A DNA stretch of 32,000 nucleotides from Massilicoli timonensis (GCF_900199515.1 NZ_LT963434.1:241271-273270); one strand, 5' to 3'; shown: positions 8,692 to 18,478, counted from the first letter of the stretch. Made by a program: numbers and translations. Notes: a model not told the origin generated them from the letters alone.

Positions 8692-9867
8692 TTATGGCTT
8701 ATCCACAAAATCCTTCAAGCGTTTGGAACGGGTTGGATGCTTCAATTTACGAAGCGCCTTCGCCTCGATCTGACGGATTCTCTCACGCGTCACATTGAAT
8801 TCTTTTCCGACTTCTTCTAACGTACGCGTTCTGCCGTCATATAATCCAAAGCGCAGACGCAGCACTTTTTCCTCTCGTTCGGTAAGCCCCTGCAGCACGG
8901 TATTGATCTCATCTTTCAGCAACTGATTGTTCGCATATTCATCCGGGGAAAGCGCTTGTTTATCTTCGATGAAATCACCTAAATGAGAATCATCCTCTTC
9001 CCCGATCGGTGTCTCCAAAGAAACCGGCTCCAAAGCGATCTTTTGAATTTCCCGCACTTTTTCCGGTGAGATATTTTCCATCTTCGCCGCAATTTCTTCC
9101 GCAGTCGGATCACGTCCCAGATCCTGCACGAGCTGCCGCTGGATACGAGTCAATTTATTGATCGTTTCGACCATATGTACCGGGATACGGATCGTTCTTG
9201 CCTGATCGGCAATCGCTCTTGTGATCGCCTGTCTGATCCACCAAGTCGCATAAGTAGAAAATTTGAAGCCTTTGGTATAATCGAATTTTTCCACAGCCTT
9301 GACTAGTCCCATGTTTCCTTCCTGAATCAGGTCTAAGAACAGCATGCCTCTGCCGACATATTTTTTCGCAATCGAAACGACCAGACGCAAATTGGCCGCA
9401 ATCAGCTTGCGTTTTGCTTCTTCATCGCCTTCCTGGATTCTTCTGGCGATTTCCGGTTCCTCGGAAGGATCAAGCAGCTCCACCCGCCCGATTTCTTTCA
9501 GATACATCTTGACCGGGTCATTGATCTTGGTATGCGCAGAATTGGCAAATGACTGCTCTAAAGATTCGATCTCACTGGTCAAACTGTCAAATTCAGAATC
9601 CTCACCGTTTTCATCCAAATCATATAAGTCATCCAGATCATCGCCTAATAAATTGTTTTCTTCCTCCATATCGGAATCATCGATATCCTCATCACTGATT
9701 TCAATATGGTTTTCCTTGAACCACATCAGCAGCGCTTCATTTTCTTCATCAGAAAGCTCTAAATGTTCGATCGCATTCATAATATCCTTTTCATAAAGAT
9801 ATCCTTCCTGCTCATACATCGCTTTCAAATCCTGTTTTACTTCATCTAGTGTTTTGATCTCGCGCAT
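8692..9867 (-). CDS. sigA: primary RNA polymerase sigma factor SigA/RpoD
   Basis: Acidic region 1, then regions 2-4 ([57 protein letters not shown]). The start is the ATG at 9867 behind AAGGAGGT. The listed start at 9912 overlaps dnaG and has no SD. Confidence 0.96.
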   Translation of the reverse strand: MREIKTLDEVKQDLKAMYEQEGYLYEKDIMNAIEHLELSDEENEALLMWFKENHIEISDEDIDDSDMEEENNLLGDDLDDLYDLDENGEDSEFDSLTSEIESLEQSFANSAHTKINDPVKMYLKEIGRVELLDPSEEPEIARRIQEGDEEAKRKLIAANLRLVVSIAKKYVGRGMLFLDLIQEGNMGLVKAVEKFDYTKGFKFSTYATWWIRQAITRAIADQARTIRIPVHMVETINKLTRIQRQLVQDLGRDPTAEEIAAKMENISPEKVREIQKIALEPVSLETPIGEEDDSHLGDFIEDKQALSPDEYANNQLLKDEINTVLQGLTEREEKVLRLRFGLYDGRTRTLEEVGKEFNVTRERIRQIEAKALRKLKHPTRSKRLKDFVDKP

Positions 9868-9893
9868 GACTACCTCCTTACCCGTTTGTTTTT

Positions 9894-11675
9894 TCACTTG
9901 TCTTGCCGCCATTCTCTCATTCCTCCCTTTTTCCGAATCAGAGCATTTTTTTCATCGCCGAGCTTCGCTTTTACCGCTGCATCGCTCACATTGGCGATTT
10001 CCTCGTTTAATTTACGGATCTGCTCATCCAGCAGCAGCATCCGGATCCGGTTCAGCGCATCTGACAACAATGCACTGTCATAGCTTTCCCGTGCCAGTTC
10101 CCATTCCGATATTTCTAGCAGCAGTTTTTTCACCTGCTCCTCTTTGATCACATCTAACAGCGCTGCCACATCCATCTCCGCATGATTGCGGTAGAAATCC
10201 ATGATATAGTATGCGAGCTTTTTGCACGCATCATCAATCAAAAAACCTAACTCATCACGAAAACGATTGCTGGCGCTTTTCGACACGAGCATCTGCGATA
10301 AGATGGTGTACTGGGCGCTGGTCGCTCCGTCCTTTGGTCTTGCTAAAAAGGCATTTCTGACGCTTTTTTCATTTTTCATAAACCGCTTTGGTGCAGACTT
10401 GCTTTCCACACTGCTTCGCATATCAAAGCCGGTAATTTCCTGTAAGCGCACAAAGGCACTTTGTCTTTCAAATTCATTTGGCAAAAGCGCGATCTGTTCG
10501 GCAAGCTCTAATGCGAACTCTTTGCGCTGGGAATAATTCTCCAAGTTATATGTCTGACTTAAGTAAGTAAATAGAAACTCTACCCAGGAAATCGTCTTTT
10601 CACTCATTTTCAGCAGCTCTTCTTTTCCATAAGCCGCAATGATCTCATCCGGATCTAGCCCCAGCTGATTATCGACGATTTCAAAAGGGAGCTGATTGGC
10701 AAGCGCCAATTTTCCGAATTTATAGGTTGCCTGTCGGCCGGCACGATCGCCATCGTAACAAACGATGATCGTCGATCGCAGCAACTTCATTGCCTTGATC
10801 TGTTCTTTGGTGCAGGCAGTTCCCAGTGTTGCGATCGCACTGTGAATACCGACCTTCGCAAAAGCGATCACATCCATCGCGCCTTCTGTGAGAAAGACGC
10901 GTTTTCGCTCCCGCAGCGCGGCTTTGGCACGATGATAATTAAAGATCAGCTGTCCTTTTTCATAGATCGAAGTCTGAGCGGTATTGATATATTTCGCTTC
11001 ATTTCCCTGCTTTGTAGTACGGGCGGTAAAGCCGACCGGATTTCCATAAGCGTCATGGATCGGGATCATGATGCGATCACTGAATATATCGTGGATGCCG
11101 TTGGCGCCGACCGCGCACACCCCGGCCGCAATCAGATTTTCATCACTGTGCTTTTTCGCATGCAGAAACTTATATAAAGCATTGCCTTCCGGATGATAAC
11201 CGATCTCAAACAGTTTGATGATCTCATCGCTGACACCGCGCTGATACAAATATTGTTTGATCGATGCGGCGCTCGACGTGCTTAACTGGTATTGCGTAAA
11301 CTCGATCGTATCCTGATTCACCTTATAAAGCGGCGTTTTTTTCGGATCAGCTTCCACCCGTTGATTTTGTCTTAAGATCGATTCATCCAGTGGTATGCCA
11401 GTGTATTGTGCAACCTTATACACCGCCTCTAAGAAAGAGATCTGTTCATATTTCTGCACAAAGGTAAAAACATTTCCGCCCGTTCCACAGACAAAGCATT
11501 TGAAGATCTGCTTATCAGGGGAAATCGTCAAAGAAGGATCGTGGTCATCATGAAAAGGACAAGTACAGACATAATTCTTGCCCTTTCGCGTCAATGGCAC
11601 ATAATGAGAAATAATATCTACAATATCTGCACGAGCGCGGATCTCATTGATCTGATCTTCACTCAATCGTGCCAC
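9894..11675 (-). CDS. dnaG: DNA primase DnaG
   Basis: CHC2 zinc finger ([34 protein letters not shown]), TOPRIM (EGAMDVI…DGDRAG). GTG start at 11675. Confidence 0.95.
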   Translation of the reverse strand: MARLSEDQINEIRARADIVDIISHYVPLTRKGKNYVCTCPFHDDHDPSLTISPDKQIFKCFVCGTGGNVFTFVQKYEQISFLEAVYKVAQYTGIPLDESILRQNQRVEADPKKTPLYKVNQDTIEFTQYQLSTSSAASIKQYLYQRGVSDEIIKLFEIGYHPEGNALYKFLHAKKHSDENLIAAGVCAVGANGIHDIFSDRIMIPIHDAYGNPVGFTARTTKQGNEAKYINTAQTSIYEKGQLIFNYHRAKAALRERKRVFLTEGAMDVIAFAKVGIHSAIATLGTACTKEQIKAMKLLRSTIIVCYDGDRAGRQATYKFGKLALANQLPFEIVDNQLGLDPDEIIAAYGKEELLKMSEKTISWVEFLFTYLSQTYNLENYSQRKEFALELAEQIALLPNEFERQSAFVRLQEITGFDMRSSVESKSAPKRFMKNEKSVRNAFLARPKDGATSAQYTILSQMLVSKSASNRFRDELGFLIDDACKKLAYYIMDFYRNHAEMDVAALLDVIKEEQVKKLLLEISEWELARESYDSALLSDALNRIRMLLLDEQIRKLNEEIANVSDAAVKAKLGDEKNALIRKKGGMREWRQDK

Positions 11676-11704
11676 AAAACCACCTTCTTTTGTTCATTTC
11701 ATAA

Positions 11705-13078
11705 TTAAAATGCGATCTTTGCTTCTAAATAAGACTTTAATTCTGTCAAAGGAATACGCTCCTGCTTCATGCTGTCGCGTTCTCTTACGGTAACACAGCC
11801 ATCCTTTTCCGTTTCAAAATCAACGGTTACACAGAACGGTGTGCCGATCGCGTCTTGCCGGCGATAGCGTTTTCCGATATTCTGCGTTTCATCGAATTCA
11901 CAGTTGCCGATGCCGCTGATCAAATGAAATACTTCCATCGCTTTCTCGGAGAGCTGTTTCGATAACGGCAGCACCGCTGCTTTTACCGGTGCCAGCGCCG
12001 GATGCAGATGCAGGACGATACGTGTATCCTTTTCCAGCTGTTCCTCCTCATAAGCATCGCATAAAAAGGCTAAAAACAGTCGTTCCACCCCAACGCTTGG
12101 TTCAATGCAGTACGGTAAAAACGATTCATTGGTAAGCGGATCACGGTATTCCAGATTCTGCTTGCTGGTTTCCTGATGACAGCGCAAATCAAAATCCGTA
12201 CGGTCCGCAATGCCCCAGATCTCACCCCAGCCAAAAGAGAACAGATATTCAATATCGCTTGTGCCGGTGGAATAATGAGAAAGTTCTTCCTTGTCATGCT
12301 CTCGTAAACGCAAATGCGCTTCCTTGATTCCCAAGGCAATCAAAAATTCCTTGCAATAGTTCTTATAATATTCATACCATTTCATATCTTCACCGGGACG
12401 GGTAAAAAATTCCAGTTCCATCTGTTCAAATTCACGGGTACGGAAAATAAAGTTCCCCGGTGTGATCTCATTGCGGAAGCTCTTGCCGATCTGTCCGATT
12501 CCAAAAGGCAGTTTACGGCGCGTGGTACGCTGCACATTCTTAAAATTCACGAAGATGCCCTGTGCGGTTTCCGGACGCAGATAAATCGCATTTTTCGCAT
12601 CCTCCACTACGCCCTGAAACGTCTTGAACATTAAATTGAACTGACGAATATCGGTAAAATCATGACTGCCGCAGTCAGGACAGGCAATCTTATGAGAAAC
12701 GATATAATCCATCATCTTTTCATTCGACCAGCCGCCGGGATTCACTTCGCCGTTTGAAAAATCCTCAATCAGTTTATCGGCACGATGTCTGGTTTTGCAG
12801 TTTTTACAATCCATAAGCGGATCGGAAAAATTGCCGACATGCCCGCTTGCGACCCAAACCTGCGGATTCATCAAGATTGCCGACTGTAAACCGACATTAT
12901 AAGGACTTTCCTGAATAAATTTCTTCCACCATACTTTTTTGATATTGTCCTTCAGTTCAACGCCCAGCGGACCAAAGTCCCAAGTGTTGGAAAGCCCGCC
13001 ATAGATCTCTGATCCCTGGTAGACAAAGCCACTGTTTTTACAATGTGAAACAACGGTTTCAAAACTCTTCTCATTCAT
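11705..13078 (-). CDS. glyQS: glycine--tRNA ligase, single-chain (alpha2) GlyQS type
   Basis: 457 aa, starting [29 protein letters not shown]… with class II motifs ([26 protein letters not shown]). Confidence 0.95.
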   Translation of the reverse strand: MNEKSFETVVSHCKNSGFVYQGSEIYGGLSNTWDFGPLGVELKDNIKKVWWKKFIQESPYNVGLQSAILMNPQVWVASGHVGNFSDPLMDCKNCKTRHRADKLIEDFSNGEVNPGGWSNEKMMDYIVSHKIACPDCGSHDFTDIRQFNLMFKTFQGVVEDAKNAIYLRPETAQGIFVNFKNVQRTTRRKLPFGIGQIGKSFRNEITPGNFIFRTREFEQMELEFFTRPGEDMKWYEYYKNYCKEFLIALGIKEAHLRLREHDKEELSHYSTGTSDIEYLFSFGWGEIWGIADRTDFDLRCHQETSKQNLEYRDPLTNESFLPYCIEPSVGVERLFLAFLCDAYEEEQLEKDTRIVLHLHPALAPVKAAVLPLSKQLSEKAMEVFHLISGIGNCEFDETQNIGKRYRRQDAIGTPFCVTVDFETEKDGCVTVRERDSMKQERIPLTELKSYLEAKIAF

Positions 13079-13150
13079 GCAATTACTCTTCCCTTTCCTT
13101 GTTTTATCTATCTTACGTTTCGCTATTTTTTATACAAAAACTCAAACTAT

Positions 13151-13180
13151 TATATATCACAAAGCCTTTGCCGTTGTCAA
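13151..13180 (-). promoter_or_regulatory. strong sigma-A promoter immediately upstream of glyQS
   Basis: Minus strand: TTGACA (13180-13175), 18 nt ending TGA, TATATA (13156-13151). It leaves a leader of only about 65 nt, with no T-box. Confidence 0.55.
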
Positions 13181-13261
13181 TATCCTTTCCTGCATTCCCT
13201 ATCTGCTCAGCACCTGTTTTCATCTTTATCATTTCCTTCCTCTACTGATCTATTTTCTTAT

Positions 13262-13460
13262 ATAACAGACCTTCTGCTAATAAAAGCAAGCGTCTGTCAA
13301 AACGATCAGTGCACGGCATCCAGAGGAACTGAGCCAAACATCCGGCAGTGTCGGTCCAAGCAACAAATTGAACAGACTAGCTGTGTTGCTCAATACATCG
13401 AGATAAGAAATGATCATGCGCACTAGTATGAAGTAATCTAATGGACCTTCCGATTCCATT
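13262..13460 (-). ncRNA. candidate structured RNA of unknown class (GC-rich island in the recO-glyQS spacer)
   Basis: Minus-strand helices seen by eye:
- Hairpin AAUGG-A-AUC[GGAA]GGUCCAUU (13460-13440).
- 8-bp long-range helix 13425-13418 / 13314-13307.
- 10-bp hairpin 13393-13384 / 13365-13356.
- 3' hairpin ACAGAC…GUCUGU (13297-13265).
Several pairs are G-U on the minus strand and would be C-A mismatches on the plus strand. Confidence 0.35.
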
Positions 13461-13464
13461 TATT

Positions 13465-13493
13465 ATTCTCAACTGATACCAAAGCTTTGACAA
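13465..13493 (-). promoter_or_regulatory. possible promoter for the candidate RNA
   Basis: Minus strand: TTGTCA (13493-13488), 17 nt, GAGAAT (13470-13465). The predicted start, about 13458, coincides with the first hairpin. Confidence 0.3.
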
Positions 13494-13497
13494 CTTC

Positions 13498-13526
13498 AAA
13501 AAAGATTTCCCTTTATCGGAAATCTT
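13498..13526 (-). terminator. rho-independent terminator after recO
   Basis: Minus strand: AAGATTTCC (13526-13518), loop GATAAAG, GGAAATCTT (13510-13502), T-run to 13498. It begins right after the recO stop. Confidence 0.75.
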
Positions 13527-14249
13527 TCAATCCAGTGCCGCGATTTTTTCAAGCAGCTCCACGCTGTTAAACTGTAAGAAGCCATAGCGAGTAAGAAAGG
13601 CAAGCTGACGTTCCAGATCCTGTAAATTCCAGTCTCCATGACTTTCTAACAGCGCATAGTGCGTATAGTCCGCTTTTTGCAGCAAGCGAAACTTGCGCAG
13701 CTCCTCCACTGTCAATACAGCCTCTTGAACCCGCATACATTCTCTGCATACAAAACCGCCATGTTCTACGGAAATGCCGCTTACCTGCTTTGATCCACAC
13801 TTTACACAGCCATCGACATAAGGATCAATTCCCTGCAAATGCGTAAGCTGTGCAGCAAAAAGAGCAGCTGCCGCATAAGGCTTCGTACTATCTTCCAAAA
13901 GATCAAGCGCGTACTTCAAGTGTTCAAACAGTTCTCCCTCTTTTAGCTGCAAAACCGCTTCCAGAAAGAACAAAGCGATCGCCTGCTTGCACAGATCCTC
14001 TCTGATCTTACGGTAATAGGTAAGCATTTGAACACTTCTGAGCGTATAGATCGTCGCATATTCATTTTTCGCATGACAGATACAGGAAACATAGGCGAAT
14101 AACTGACAAAGCGGCGCCTGTTTGCTCTTCATCCGGCGGTGTCCTTTGCCGACAACACTATAGATCCCTTCCTCGCTCATGATTTGCATCAAGGTATCAT
14201 ACTCGCGATAATCCTTGATCGATAAAATAATGCCCTTGATTTCTTTCAT
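13527..14249 (-). CDS. recO: DNA repair protein RecO
   Basis: 240 aa with an N-terminal OB-fold region and a C-terminal zinc motif (CVKCGS…CREC). Position downstream of era matches other Bacillota. Confidence 0.9.
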   Translation of the reverse strand: MKEIKGIILSIKDYREYDTLMQIMSEEGIYSVVGKGHRRMKSKQAPLCQLFAYVSCICHAKNEYATIYTLRSVQMLTYYRKIREDLCKQAIALFFLEAVLQLKEGELFEHLKYALDLLEDSTKPYAAAALFAAQLTHLQGIDPYVDGCVKCGSKQVSGISVEHGGFVCRECMRVQEAVLTVEELRKFRLLQKADYTHYALLESHGDWNLQDLERQLAFLTRYGFLQFNSVELLEKIAALD

Positions 14250-14252
14250 GGT

Positions 14253-15137
14253 CTATTCTTCTAACGCATAGCCGAACTGATGCAGCTTGCTTTGCCGGTT
14301 GCGCCAGTTTTTCTCTACCCGCACATAAAGGGATAAATGACATTTTTTGCCATAAAGCGCCTTCAGTTCTTTCTGTGCGAGCAAACGGATCGACTTGATC
14401 ATCGCCGCCTGCTTCCCGATCAAAATCGCTTTCTGAGAATCACGTTCGACGATGACCAGCGCATCGATCTCCACTTCCTTTTCCTCCTCATGCAATCGCT
14501 CTACGACGACAGCAATCGAATGGGGCACTTCCTCCATCGTTTTCAACAAGACCTTTTCACGAATGATCTCCTGCGTCTGAAAGGTTTTGCCATGGTCGCT
14601 GACCATATCTTTTGGATAAAGCAGCATGCCTTCACTTAAATAAGGTTCGCTTGTTTTCAGCAATTCTTCGATATTTTCTTCTTTTTTGGCAGAAAGCGGA
14701 ATGATCTGTTCAAAGGAAAAACGTTTTTCCCATGAGGCAAGATGCTGCAGCAGTTCTTCTTTTTTCAACAGATCGATCTTATTTAACAGCAAAAAACAAG
14801 GCGTCTGATACTGCTTTAAGCGTTCTAACAGAAAAGCATCCCCGCTGCCGTATGGCTTGCTGGCATCGACGATCAAATAAATCAGATCGACATCCTGCAA
14901 AGAAAGATAAGCGCTTTTATTCAGGGTGCGCCCCAGTTCATGGTGTGGTTTATGAATGCCCGGCGTATCGATAAAGACAAACTGACAGGTGTCGGTCGTA
15001 TAAATGCCTTGGATATTGTTGCGCGTCGTCTGCGGTTTGTCGGATATGATCGAAACCTTTTCCTTTAAGATCGCATTCAATAAAGTGCTCTTGCCGGCAT
15101 TCGGTCTGCCGATGATGGCAATCATCCCGCTGCGCAT
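14253..15137 (-). CDS. era: GTPase Era
   Basis: MRSGMIAIIGRPNAGKSTL (G1), DTPG (G3), NKID (G4), and a C-terminal KH domain. The ATG at 15137 shares one base with the cdd stop (TGATG). The listed extension to 15275 runs through cdd. Confidence 0.95.
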   Translation of the reverse strand: MRSGMIAIIGRPNAGKSTLLNAILKEKVSIISDKPQTTRNNIQGIYTTDTCQFVFIDTPGIHKPHHELGRTLNKSAYLSLQDVDLIYLIVDASKPYGSGDAFLLERLKQYQTPCFLLLNKIDLLKKEELLQHLASWEKRFSFEQIIPLSAKKEENIEELLKTSEPYLSEGMLLYPKDMVSDHGKTFQTQEIIREKVLLKTMEEVPHSIAVVVERLHEEEKEVEIDALVIVERDSQKAILIGKQAAMIKSIRLLAQKELKALYGKKCHLSLYVRVEKNWRNRQSKLHQFGYALEE

Positions 15138-15535
15138 CACAACACGTCCTTTTCCGTAAATGACATCGGCAACAGCTCCTTGATCGTGGTCGATACTTCT
15201 TCTTTGCCGTTGCTTAAATAGATCGGCGTATCCTCTTCCATCAGCTCCACGATCACCTGTCTGCACGCACCGCATGGCGCCGCCAAATATGCGCCTTCGC
15301 TTACGATCGCCAGCGCCTTGATATCCTGCTTGCGATATCCTGCGGAGTAAGCCGCAAACAAAGCGCTTCGCTCTGCACAGTTCGTTAATCCAAACGAAGC
15401 ATTTTCAATATTGGCGCCCTTTACGATCACGCCGTCACGCAGCAGCACACACGCCCCGACACGATAGTGTGAGTAAGGAACATAAGCATGTTCCATCGCT
15501 TCAAACGCATGTTGCAATAACTCTTCTTTTGTCAT
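15137..15535 (-). CDS. cdd: cytidine deaminase
   Basis: 132 aa with zinc motifs CAERSA and PCGACRQ. Its ATG overlaps the dgkA stop (ATGA). Confidence 0.93.
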   Translation of the reverse strand: MTKEELLQHAFEAMEHAYVPYSHYRVGACVLLRDGVIVKGANIENASFGLTNCAERSALFAAYSAGYRKQDIKALAIVSEGAYLAAPCGACRQVIVELMEEDTPIYLSNGKEEVSTTIKELLPMSFTEKDVL

Positions 15536-15879
15536 ATGATCTTTCCTCCTAATATGATCACAAAGATCCCGGCGGCCGCCAAGGAAACAAATAAGACCGC
15601 ACCGGCCATCAGATCTTTGATCGTCTTGACCCGCTCATCATAATGCGGGCATATCAAATCAACACATTTTTCAATGACACTGTTCACAAACTCTAAGGCG
15701 ATGACAAGCGTGCACAATAACAGAACGATCCCCCATTCCCACCGTGCAAGGGGAAGAAACAAACAGAAAAGGATGACCAAAGCGGCGATAAAGCATTGCA
15801 GCTTTACACTGCGATCTTCTAAGATTCCTTTTTTCAAGCCCACAAACGCATAAGCGAATTTATCTTTTAATGATCGCAT
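15532..15879 (-). CDS. dgkA: diacylglycerol/undecaprenol kinase (DgkA family membrane protein)
   Basis: Small three-TM protein with the SVIEKCVD…KD.AAGAV pattern of prokaryotic DAGK. The ATG at 15879 has AGGAG 10 nt upstream. The listed TTG at 15903 has no SD. Confidence 0.85.
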   Translation of the reverse strand: MRSLKDKFAYAFVGLKKGILEDRSVKLQCFIAALVILFCLFLPLARWEWGIVLLLCTLVIALEFVNSVIEKCVDLICPHYDERVKTIKDLMAGAVLFVSLAAAGIFVIILGGKII

Positions 15880-16315
15880 CGATGATCTGCTCCTGTAAAG
15901 CAAACATTTCCCGTTCCTGTTCTTCGCTCATATGGTCATACCCGCATAGGTGCAGCAAGCCATGCGTAAATAAAAAGCCAAATTCCCGCTCTTCACTGTG
16001 TCCATAAGCTTCTGCCTGCCGTTTCAGCGCATCGACATTGATAAAGATATCCCCCAGTTCCCTTTCTCCTTCCATCATCTCATAATCGTCTTCCTGATCT
16101 TTTAATGCGAAGGAAATCACGTCGGTCGGCTTGTCGATCTTGCGATAGGAGCGATTGATCGTACGAATCTGTTCATCATCGACGATCACCAAAGAAACCA
16201 AATAAGATTCTTCCAGTCGCAATACCTGTTCACAGCGTGCCATGATCGCTTCTAAAAGCGGCAGCTGTTTTTCCCATGCAGCATCCTCTAATTGATTGAT
16301 CAGTGTCAGTTCCAT
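15860..16315 (-). CDS. ybeY: rRNA maturation endoribonuclease YbeY
   Basis: Metal motif HGLLHLCGYDH. The ATG at 16315 lies 8 nt after AAGGAG. The listed GTG at 16324 overlaps the SD. Confidence 0.93.
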   Translation of the reverse strand: MELTLINQLEDAAWEKQLPLLEAIMARCEQVLRLEESYLVSLVIVDDEQIRTINRSYRKIDKPTDVISFALKDQEDDYEMMEGERELGDIFINVDALKRQAEAYGHSEEREFGFLFTHGLLHLCGYDHMSEEQEREMFALQEQIIDAIIKR

Positions 16316-16341
16316 ATTGTCCACTCCTTAAATCCTACTCA

Positions 16342-16370
16342 ATTATACTATATCTTTCAAAATAGGTAAA
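16342..16370 (-). promoter_or_regulatory. possible internal promoter for ybeY-dgkA-cdd-era-recO
   Basis: Minus strand: TTTACC (16370-16365), 17 nt, TATAAT (16347-16342). Confidence 0.4.
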
Positions 16371-16400
16371 ACAAAAAAGGCAAGGCTCAGCGCTTTGCCT
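16368..16400 (-). terminator. terminator/attenuator hairpin at the end of phoH
   Basis: Minus strand: AGGCAAAGC (16400-16392), loop containing the phoH stop, GCCTTGCCT (16386-16378) with one mismatch, then T6GT4. Confidence 0.5.
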
Positions 16401-17352
16401 CATCTTCTTCATAGCGGGTAATAATCTTTTGCACCAATGGATGCCTTACGATATCAAGGACGCCCAGTTCCACGAACCCGATGCCCTCGATTCCTTTCAA
16501 TAAGCGCATCGCATGAATCAAACCGCTGTCTTTCTTCGAAATCAGATCGATCTGGCTGACATCGCCGGTAATGACGATTTTGGATTGAAAGCCCATTCTG
16601 GTCAAAAACATCTTCATCTGTGAACGCGTCGTATTCTGTGCTTCATCTAAGATGATAAACGCATGATCCAGCGTTCTGCCACGCATATAGGCAAGCGGCG
16701 CGATCTCGATGATTTCTTTCTCCATCAGTTTTTCAACGCCCTCTTTCCCTAAAACATCGTAAAGCGCATCGTAGAGCGGACGCAGGTATGGATCTACTTT
16801 TTCTTTCAGATCACCCGGCAAAAAACCTAGATTTTCCCCTGCTTCCACTGCCGGACGGGTCAAGATGATCTTGTCGATCTCACCTTTTTTTAACAGGGTC
16901 GCCGCATAGACGACTGCCAGATACGTTTTCCCGGTTCCCGCAACCCCGCTCGCAAACACGATCTGATCCTTCTCCATATGCGCGCATAAGATCCGCTGTC
17001 CTAATGTTTTCGGATAGATCCACTTACCTTGCAGCGTTTTGCCGATCGCTTTGTGATAGGTCGTGTGAAGGCGCGACAGTTTGCCCGCCTGCTGTAAATG
17101 GATCGCATACATGACATCTTGCTCATTGATTTCTATGCCGCTGGCAAGCATCTGATTCAACGCGTCAAACAACGCACAGATCGCCTTTCCCTCACCATGG
17201 TCATCACTGATGATGAATAAATTATCACGCATCGTGATCGCGGCGTCAAAGCCTTTGCGGATCAGCTCCAGATAAGCGTCATGCGGTCCGCACAGCGCCA
17301 ACAAATGATCGATCGTATAATCGTCTAAGCGGTAAGTCAGGTGTTTTTCCAT
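16387..17352 (-). CDS. phoH: PhoH-like ATPase
   Basis: 321 aa with Walker A GVAGTGKTYLA and Walker B ILDEAQN. SD GAAGGAG upstream of the ATG at 17352. Confidence 0.93.
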   Translation of the reverse strand: MEKHLTYRLDDYTIDHLLALCGPHDAYLELIRKGFDAAITMRDNLFIISDDHGEGKAICALFDALNQMLASGIEINEQDVMYAIHLQQAGKLSRLHTTYHKAIGKTLQGKWIYPKTLGQRILCAHMEKDQIVFASGVAGTGKTYLAVVYAATLLKKGEIDKIILTRPAVEAGENLGFLPGDLKEKVDPYLRPLYDALYDVLGKEGVEKLMEKEIIEIAPLAYMRGRTLDHAFIILDEAQNTTRSQMKMFLTRMGFQSKIVITGDVSQIDLISKKDSGLIHAMRLLKGIEGIGFVELGVLDIVRHPLVQKIITRYEEDEAKR

Positions 17353-17367
17353 TGCATTCTCCTTCTG

Positions 17368-18279
17368 CTAACGCGGTGTCGAAATGTCTTGATAACAAGT
17401 ATAGAGCACCGTCATCGTTATTGTACCCCCTTCTTTTTGAAATTGCAAAATATTTTCATCTTCGATGCGATCATCACGCAGAAAGTGCTTGGAAACTTCA
17501 TTGCGGGCACGAAACAGCAATCGATAAAACTGCAAAGGCTTGGGGGCCGCATCCTCTTTCATCGTAACCGTTACTTCTTCAAAGGTATAAGCGAATACGG
17601 TTCCTTCTACATAGATTTGTTCATTTTTACCATTGCTGTTGATCAATACATTTTCGACCAGCACATCGCCTTTTTTCACAAAATCATTGATATGCACTGC
17701 TTTTTCTCCATGCTGTAAAGCGAAAAAAGCGATCACGCCATCCCTTTGCGCGATCAGCCGATCGGCAGCGGGCGTATGGATCTGCGCATGGTCCTTTGCC
17801 GTATAGGAGATCTGTAAGCGGCTGCCGCTGCGGCGTACCTCAAGCCAGTTTAATTGATCCTTGAATTGTTCTTTCAGCTTGTTTTGCAGCTGTTCCTCAT
17901 CTAAACGAAAGCGAGGCAGTGTGATCTGTTCCTCTAAATATGACTGTATCGCTTCCCGCATTCTTATCTCACCGTCCAGCGTGATCGCAAAGGTCGTCTG
18001 CGATAATAGATACCAAAGCGCCGCACACAAAATGATCGCTAACAGCCGATTGGGACGAAACAAGATCGATCGCAGCAGTTTCCATGTCTTGATCGCTTCA
18101 ACACTGGCGTTTGGAAAGCAGGCGGCGATACGGGCATGCTGAAATAAAGACGCATGGAAAATGATCGTATGTTCCTGAAAAGACAGCTCACTGATCGCTA
18201 GACGCTGCGCTTTGACCGTTTGAAAAAAAGCCGTCTTTGTCGCTTTCACCTGCCACTTTTCCATCAGCAGTTTATTCAT
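17368..18279 (-). CDS. yqfD: YqfD-like sporulation protein (single-TM)
   Basis: Position between yqfC and phoH. One central TM (LLAIILCAALWYLL) followed by a beta-rich C-terminal domain, as in YqfD. 303 aa, shorter than the roughly 400-aa Bacillus protein as I recall it. Confidence 0.6.
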   Translation of the reverse strand: MNKLLMEKWQVKATKTAFFQTVKAQRLAISELSFQEHTIIFHASLFQHARIAACFPNASVEAIKTWKLLRSILFRPNRLLAIILCAALWYLLSQTTFAITLDGEIRMREAIQSYLEEQITLPRFRLDEEQLQNKLKEQFKDQLNWLEVRRSGSRLQISYTAKDHAQIHTPAADRLIAQRDGVIAFFALQHGEKAVHINDFVKKGDVLVENVLINSNGKNEQIYVEGTVFAYTFEEVTVTMKEDAAPKPLQFYRLLFRARNEVSKHFLRDDRIEDENILQFQKEGGTITMTVLYTCYQDISTPR

Positions 18280-18478
18280 CGCTCAGCTCGACCTTTCTAA
18301 ACTCGCCCTTGATCCAGATTTCCTCCTCATCCATTGCACTCAAGGAAAGCCGCTTTCCTTCGATACACAACCGGCGCTGTTTCATCTGTATCAGGATCTG
18401 CTCTTCATTTACCGATATAAGCTGCGTATAAGGATATACGCGCATTTGATTGGTATTGATCTGGATCAAGAACATCAC
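18272..18478 (-). CDS. yqfC: YqfC/YabP-family small sporulation protein
   Basis: 68 aa with a YabP-like pattern (…EEQILIQMKQRRLCIEGKRLSLSAMDEEEIWIKGEFRKVE). 8-nt overlap with the yqfD start. The start codon is uncertain because the SD GAGGTG abuts GTG/ATG. Confidence 0.55.
   Translation of the reverse strand: MMFLIQINTNQMRVYPYTQLISVNEEQILIQMKQRRLCIEGKRLSLSAMDEEEIWIKGEFRKVELSDE

Noticed and set aside
13277-13459. 60-aa ORF (MESEGPLDYF…) in the recO-glyQS spacer
   Set aside because: It has no Shine-Dalgarno sequence, its composition is dictated by the GC-rich paired segments, and it has no recognisable family. More likely a by-product of a structured RNA region.
13079-13526. Expected a glycine T-box leader upstream of glyQS
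   Set aside because: There is no GGUGGNACCGCG-type T-box sequence, no recognisable stem I/specifier architecture, and no terminator directly before the gene. A strong promoter sits only about 65 nt from the ATG.
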